Shown piece by piece: positions 60,579 to 64,000 of a DNA stretch of 64,000 nucleotides (its first letter is position 1; each line of letters starts with the position of its first letter). This DNA comes from Thermoanaerobaculia bacterium. GTDB lineage: Bacteria > Acidobacteriota > Thermoanaerobaculia > Multivoradales > UBA5704. The notes beneath the pieces were generated by a model. The model did no database searches and was not told where the DNA came from. It worked only from the letters and a program-made list of their open reading frames with translations. Where the stretch lies: assembly GCA_044226625.1 (NCBI GenBank), contig JBGAGQ010000010.1:32001-96000 (forward strand), written 5' to 3'. Both the position numbers and the translations under genes were made by a program.

Positions 60579-63500
60579 GTCGCCCTCCGCGCGAGGGCGT
60601 GGATTGAAACCGCGCGAGCGCAGCACCTCGGCGAGGTTCGCGAGCGTCGCCCTCCGCGCGAGGGCGTGGATTGAAACCCAGATGGTGAGATCGCGAGCGA
60701 CGAGAACAAAGTCGCCCTCCGCGCGAGGGCGTGGATTGAAACTGGTCGATCCAGTGGGGTACGCGCGACTCCCCGTGGTCGCCCTCCGCGCGAGGGCGTG
60801 GATTGAAACGCCTTTGCCGCCGGGGGCGATGCGGTCGTCGATCGGTCGCCCTCCGCGCGAGGGCGTGGATTGAAACCAGAAAGCCCAGCAGGACGTCAAG
60901 AAGGAGGTCGACGTCGCCCTCCGCGCGAGGGCGTGGATTGAAACCAGGAGATCCCTTTCTAGGGGAATCATCCCGCCGTCGCCCTCCGCGCGAGGGCGTG
61001 GATTGAAACTGTCCTGGCACCCGCACGCTGCGCGAGGGGTGGCCGTCGCCCTCCGCGCGAGGGCGTGGATTGAAACTCGATCTCGGACCGGATCGCGGCA
61101 ACTGCCTCCTCGTCGCCCTCCGCGCGAGGGCGTGGATGCGGGATTGAAACAGTTCCGCGATCGCCTGGACGAAGGCCGGTTGTCGCCTGCGCGAGGGCGT
61201 GGATTGAAACTTGTCATGCCGCCTTGCGGATGAGCAGCCAGCGTCGCCCTCCGCGCGAGGGGCGCGTGGATTGAACGCCTTCCACGCTCGTGCGCCTCGA
61301 TCACATCCGTCGCCCTCCGCGCGAGTGGGCGGACTGAAACTTGATTGCCTCATTCGCTGCCGCGCGAGGCGGCCTTGTCGCCTCCGCTGCGGCGCGAGGG
61401 CGTGATTGTACCGGCTCCCATCGAAGTCATCCCCGGAAGCAAGCGTCGCCTCCTCCGCGCGAGGGCGGATTGAAACCGATGGCCCAAATGATCATGCTCG
61501 CGCCTGGTGTCGCCCCCCCGCGCGAGGGCGGATTGAAACCCTCGTCGCCGACCCCGGAACCGACGGATCAGTCGCCCGCGCGAGGGCGTGGATTGAACCA
61601 CCGCCGAGTTCGGGTTCACAGCCGCCGCGCGAGGGCGTGGATTGAACTTGTAGGAGATCCCTCAGAAGCGGAGAGGGATGCCGTCGCCTTCCGCGCGAGG
61701 GCGGATTGAAACTCGAAGACGCCGCCGAGTGCCGAGGGTGTCGGTCGCCCTCCGCGCGAGGGCGGATTGAAACACACGGAGCGTGGCTGCTGGGACGGAG
61801 GTCGCCTTCCGCGAGGGCGTGGATTGAACCGCATGTCGTGACGTTTGCCACCACCACGGTCGCCTCCGCGCGAGGGCGTGATTGAAACCCCCGCCTCACC
61901 TCTAATCAAGAAGAAAACTGCGTCGCCTCTGCGCGAGGGCGCGGATTGAAACACCCCGGAAATGTCCCACCCTTCAACTGCGCTTTGTCGCCCTCTCGCG
62001 CGAGGGCGTGATTGAAACGCGGGCGTTCACGATTCGGGCGCTGCCAGCCACGGTCGCCCGCGCGAGGGGCGCGGATTGAAACATCGAGCATAGACGCTGA
62101 TGATCACGGCTGGCATGAGTCGCCCTCTGCGCGAGGGCGTGATTGAAACCATGACGAGGAAGTGAAGTTTGCCGGTGCGGCGGTCGCCTCCGCGCGAGGG
62201 CGTGGATTGAAATCTCGCAGAGCGCCGCCCAATGCAGTCCACGCAGGTCGCCCTCCGCGCGAGGGCGGGGATTGAACACCCTACCTGAATAGCCCAACGC
62301 CAGCGCGTGTTGCCCTCCGCGCGAGGGCGTGGATTGAAACCAGAAGCGCCTGCGCCTGCTGGACGGCGGCGGCGATGTCGCCCCTTCGCGCGAGGGCGAT
62401 TGAAACGATTATCGACGACAGCAGTTCTGGGCCGATCTGGCCGCCCCTTCGCGCGAGGGCGATTGAACGGTAACCAGCGGCGCCTCAAGGGCAGGGCGGT
62501 CGCCTCCTGCGCGAGGGCGGATTGAAACTCCTTGGCCTCAGGCGCTGGAGCCGGAATTGTATGTCGTCGCGCGAGGGCGTGGATTGAACACGCGGATCGG
62601 AGTCGACGCGATGAAGCAACTGGTTGCCCTCCCGCGCGAGGGCGGATTGAAACTGGTGCTGACCGGCGACGTCCGCTGCTCGCTGTCGCCTCCGCGCGAG
62701 GGCGTGGATTGAAACGTCTTGCGGCCATAGGCCACAGGTTTGGTGAAACTCGTCGCCCTCCGCGCGGAGGGCGTGGATTGAAACCCAGTCCTTGCCGATT
62801 GGTCTGGCCTACGGCGAATGGTCGCCCTCGCGCGCGAGGGCGGATTGAAAACGATGCCGTCGTGGCAATGGCCGAACGGATCGCGGTCGCCCGCGCGAGG
62901 GCGGGATTGAAACGCCGAGATGCGCCATGACATCCAAAAGGCACAAGTCGCCTGCGCGAGGGCGTGATTGAACCCCGATGGCCGCGATGATTTCGGGGTT
63001 GGCGTCGCCTCGCGCGAGGGCGTGTGATTGGAACCTTGAATCCTGCATCTGGGGACCATTTGACGAGTCGCCCTCCTCGGCGCGAGGGCGTGGATTGAAA
63101 CCTGGGGCGCGCGAGTCCATGTGCTCGAGAGCGATCGTCGCCTCGCGCGAGGGCGGATTGAAACCGTTCCTCGGCCTGCCCAGTGAAGCATTTCCGTGGT
63201 CGCCCGCGCGAGGGCGTGATTGAAATCGACCTCGGCGCGCACCGACGGCAACCAACGGTGTCGCCCTCCGCGCGAGGGCGTGATTGAAACCGCGCTGGTG
63301 GAGCGTCTAACGGGAGAAATGTCGCCCTCCGCGCGAGGCGTGGATTGAAACCCTGGACTTCTCCCGGCCGGGCGCAGGACGCGGTGGTCGCCCCTCCGCG
63401 CGAGAGGGCGATCGAAAACCAGCTCGCTGACGCCTTGTTACACCTTGGTTCTTCCTCGCGCGAGGGCGATCAAACGGTCGACCAGGGCGCTGCTGCTGCG

Positions 63501-64000
63501 TCGCCTTCGGCGAAGAAAGCGTGATTGAAACGGATCATGAGCGACGATGATTTTGTTCGATCTGGTCGCCTCGCGCGAGGGCGTGGATTGAAACACGTGG
63601 ATCCTAAGCCCGTGAAAGAAGGCGAGCGTCGCCCCCGCGCGAGGGCGTGGATTGAAACATGGTCAAGGCCAGCGAACCGAGCTGGTAACGCGCCTGCGCG
63701 AGGGCGTGGATTGAAATCATGCCCGTGCGGTCGGATGGTCAACGCAAAGTCGCCCTCCGCGCGAGGCGGGGATTGAAACACGATGGAAGTGATTCCGAGT
63801 TTTGTTTGTTTCCGTCGCCCTCTGCGCGAGGGCGGATTGAAACGAGTCGCGCTGACGCCTCGAACCTGCTTAAAATGACGAGCGTTCGCGCGAGGGCGGC
63901 GTGGATTGAAACCGTCCCAACCGGAGAGCAGCCAGCGAAGAAGTCGCCTTCCCGCGCGAGGGCGTGGATTGAAACCGTCTCGGCATGGCGAAATACGCGG
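60579..64000 (+). CRISPR. Type I-C CRISPR array, ~54 repeats, continuing beyond the window
   Basis: 32-bp repeat GTCGCCCTCCGCGCGAGGGCGTGGATTGAAAC. First 8 copies are perfect with 33-36-nt spacers, later copies carry scattered indels. Counted by hand. Confidence 0.99.

Noticed and set aside
60611-60645. Spacer 1 shares GAGGTTCGCG with the leader (self-targeting?)
   Set aside because: Only 10 nt, outside the seed and without PAM context, so compatible with chance.
60945-61682. Spacers 6 and 17 share AGGAGATCCCT
   Set aside because: 11-nt match only, with unrelated flanks. Insufficient to call duplicated or primed spacers.
60565-63781. ORFs across the CRISPR array
   Set aside because: Translations of repeats (FQSTPSRGGR etc.), not genes.

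Overview
High-GC bacterial window. The gene repertoire (ECF sigma/zf-HC2 anti-sigma/CHAT-TPR module, Oar-type TonB receptor, sulfatase-TPR fusion, Rpn-like gene) suggests Acidobacteriota, which is an inference. Left to right: a 20-bp palindromic tandem array before a type I R-M methyltransferase (hsdM); a visibly lower-GC island (5.4-10.5 kb) with an unannotated 48-aa Cys-rich peptide, an RRE-like/M50 protease fusion, a TPR protein and an AraC regulator (candidate RiPP/peptide system); ordinary metabolic and envelope genes; a 1.7-1.8 kb tandem duplication; and a full type I-C CRISPR-Cas gene set (cas3-5-8c-7-4-1-2, about 54 repeats running off the window end) bracketed by two toxin-antitoxin pairs. 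Top finding: upstream of cas3, a degenerate CRISPR repeat plus a 26-nt spacer and a GNRA hairpin on the minus strand. The spacer matches (15/19) a TTC-PAM-flanked site next to the putative promoter driving a small strong-RBS ORF and cas3, which looks like a CreA/CreR-type CRISPR-regulated module in type I-C. Many indels, deletions and duplications, plus degradation of the distal array, indicate error-prone long-read sequence, so all frameshift and pseudogene calls are provisional.
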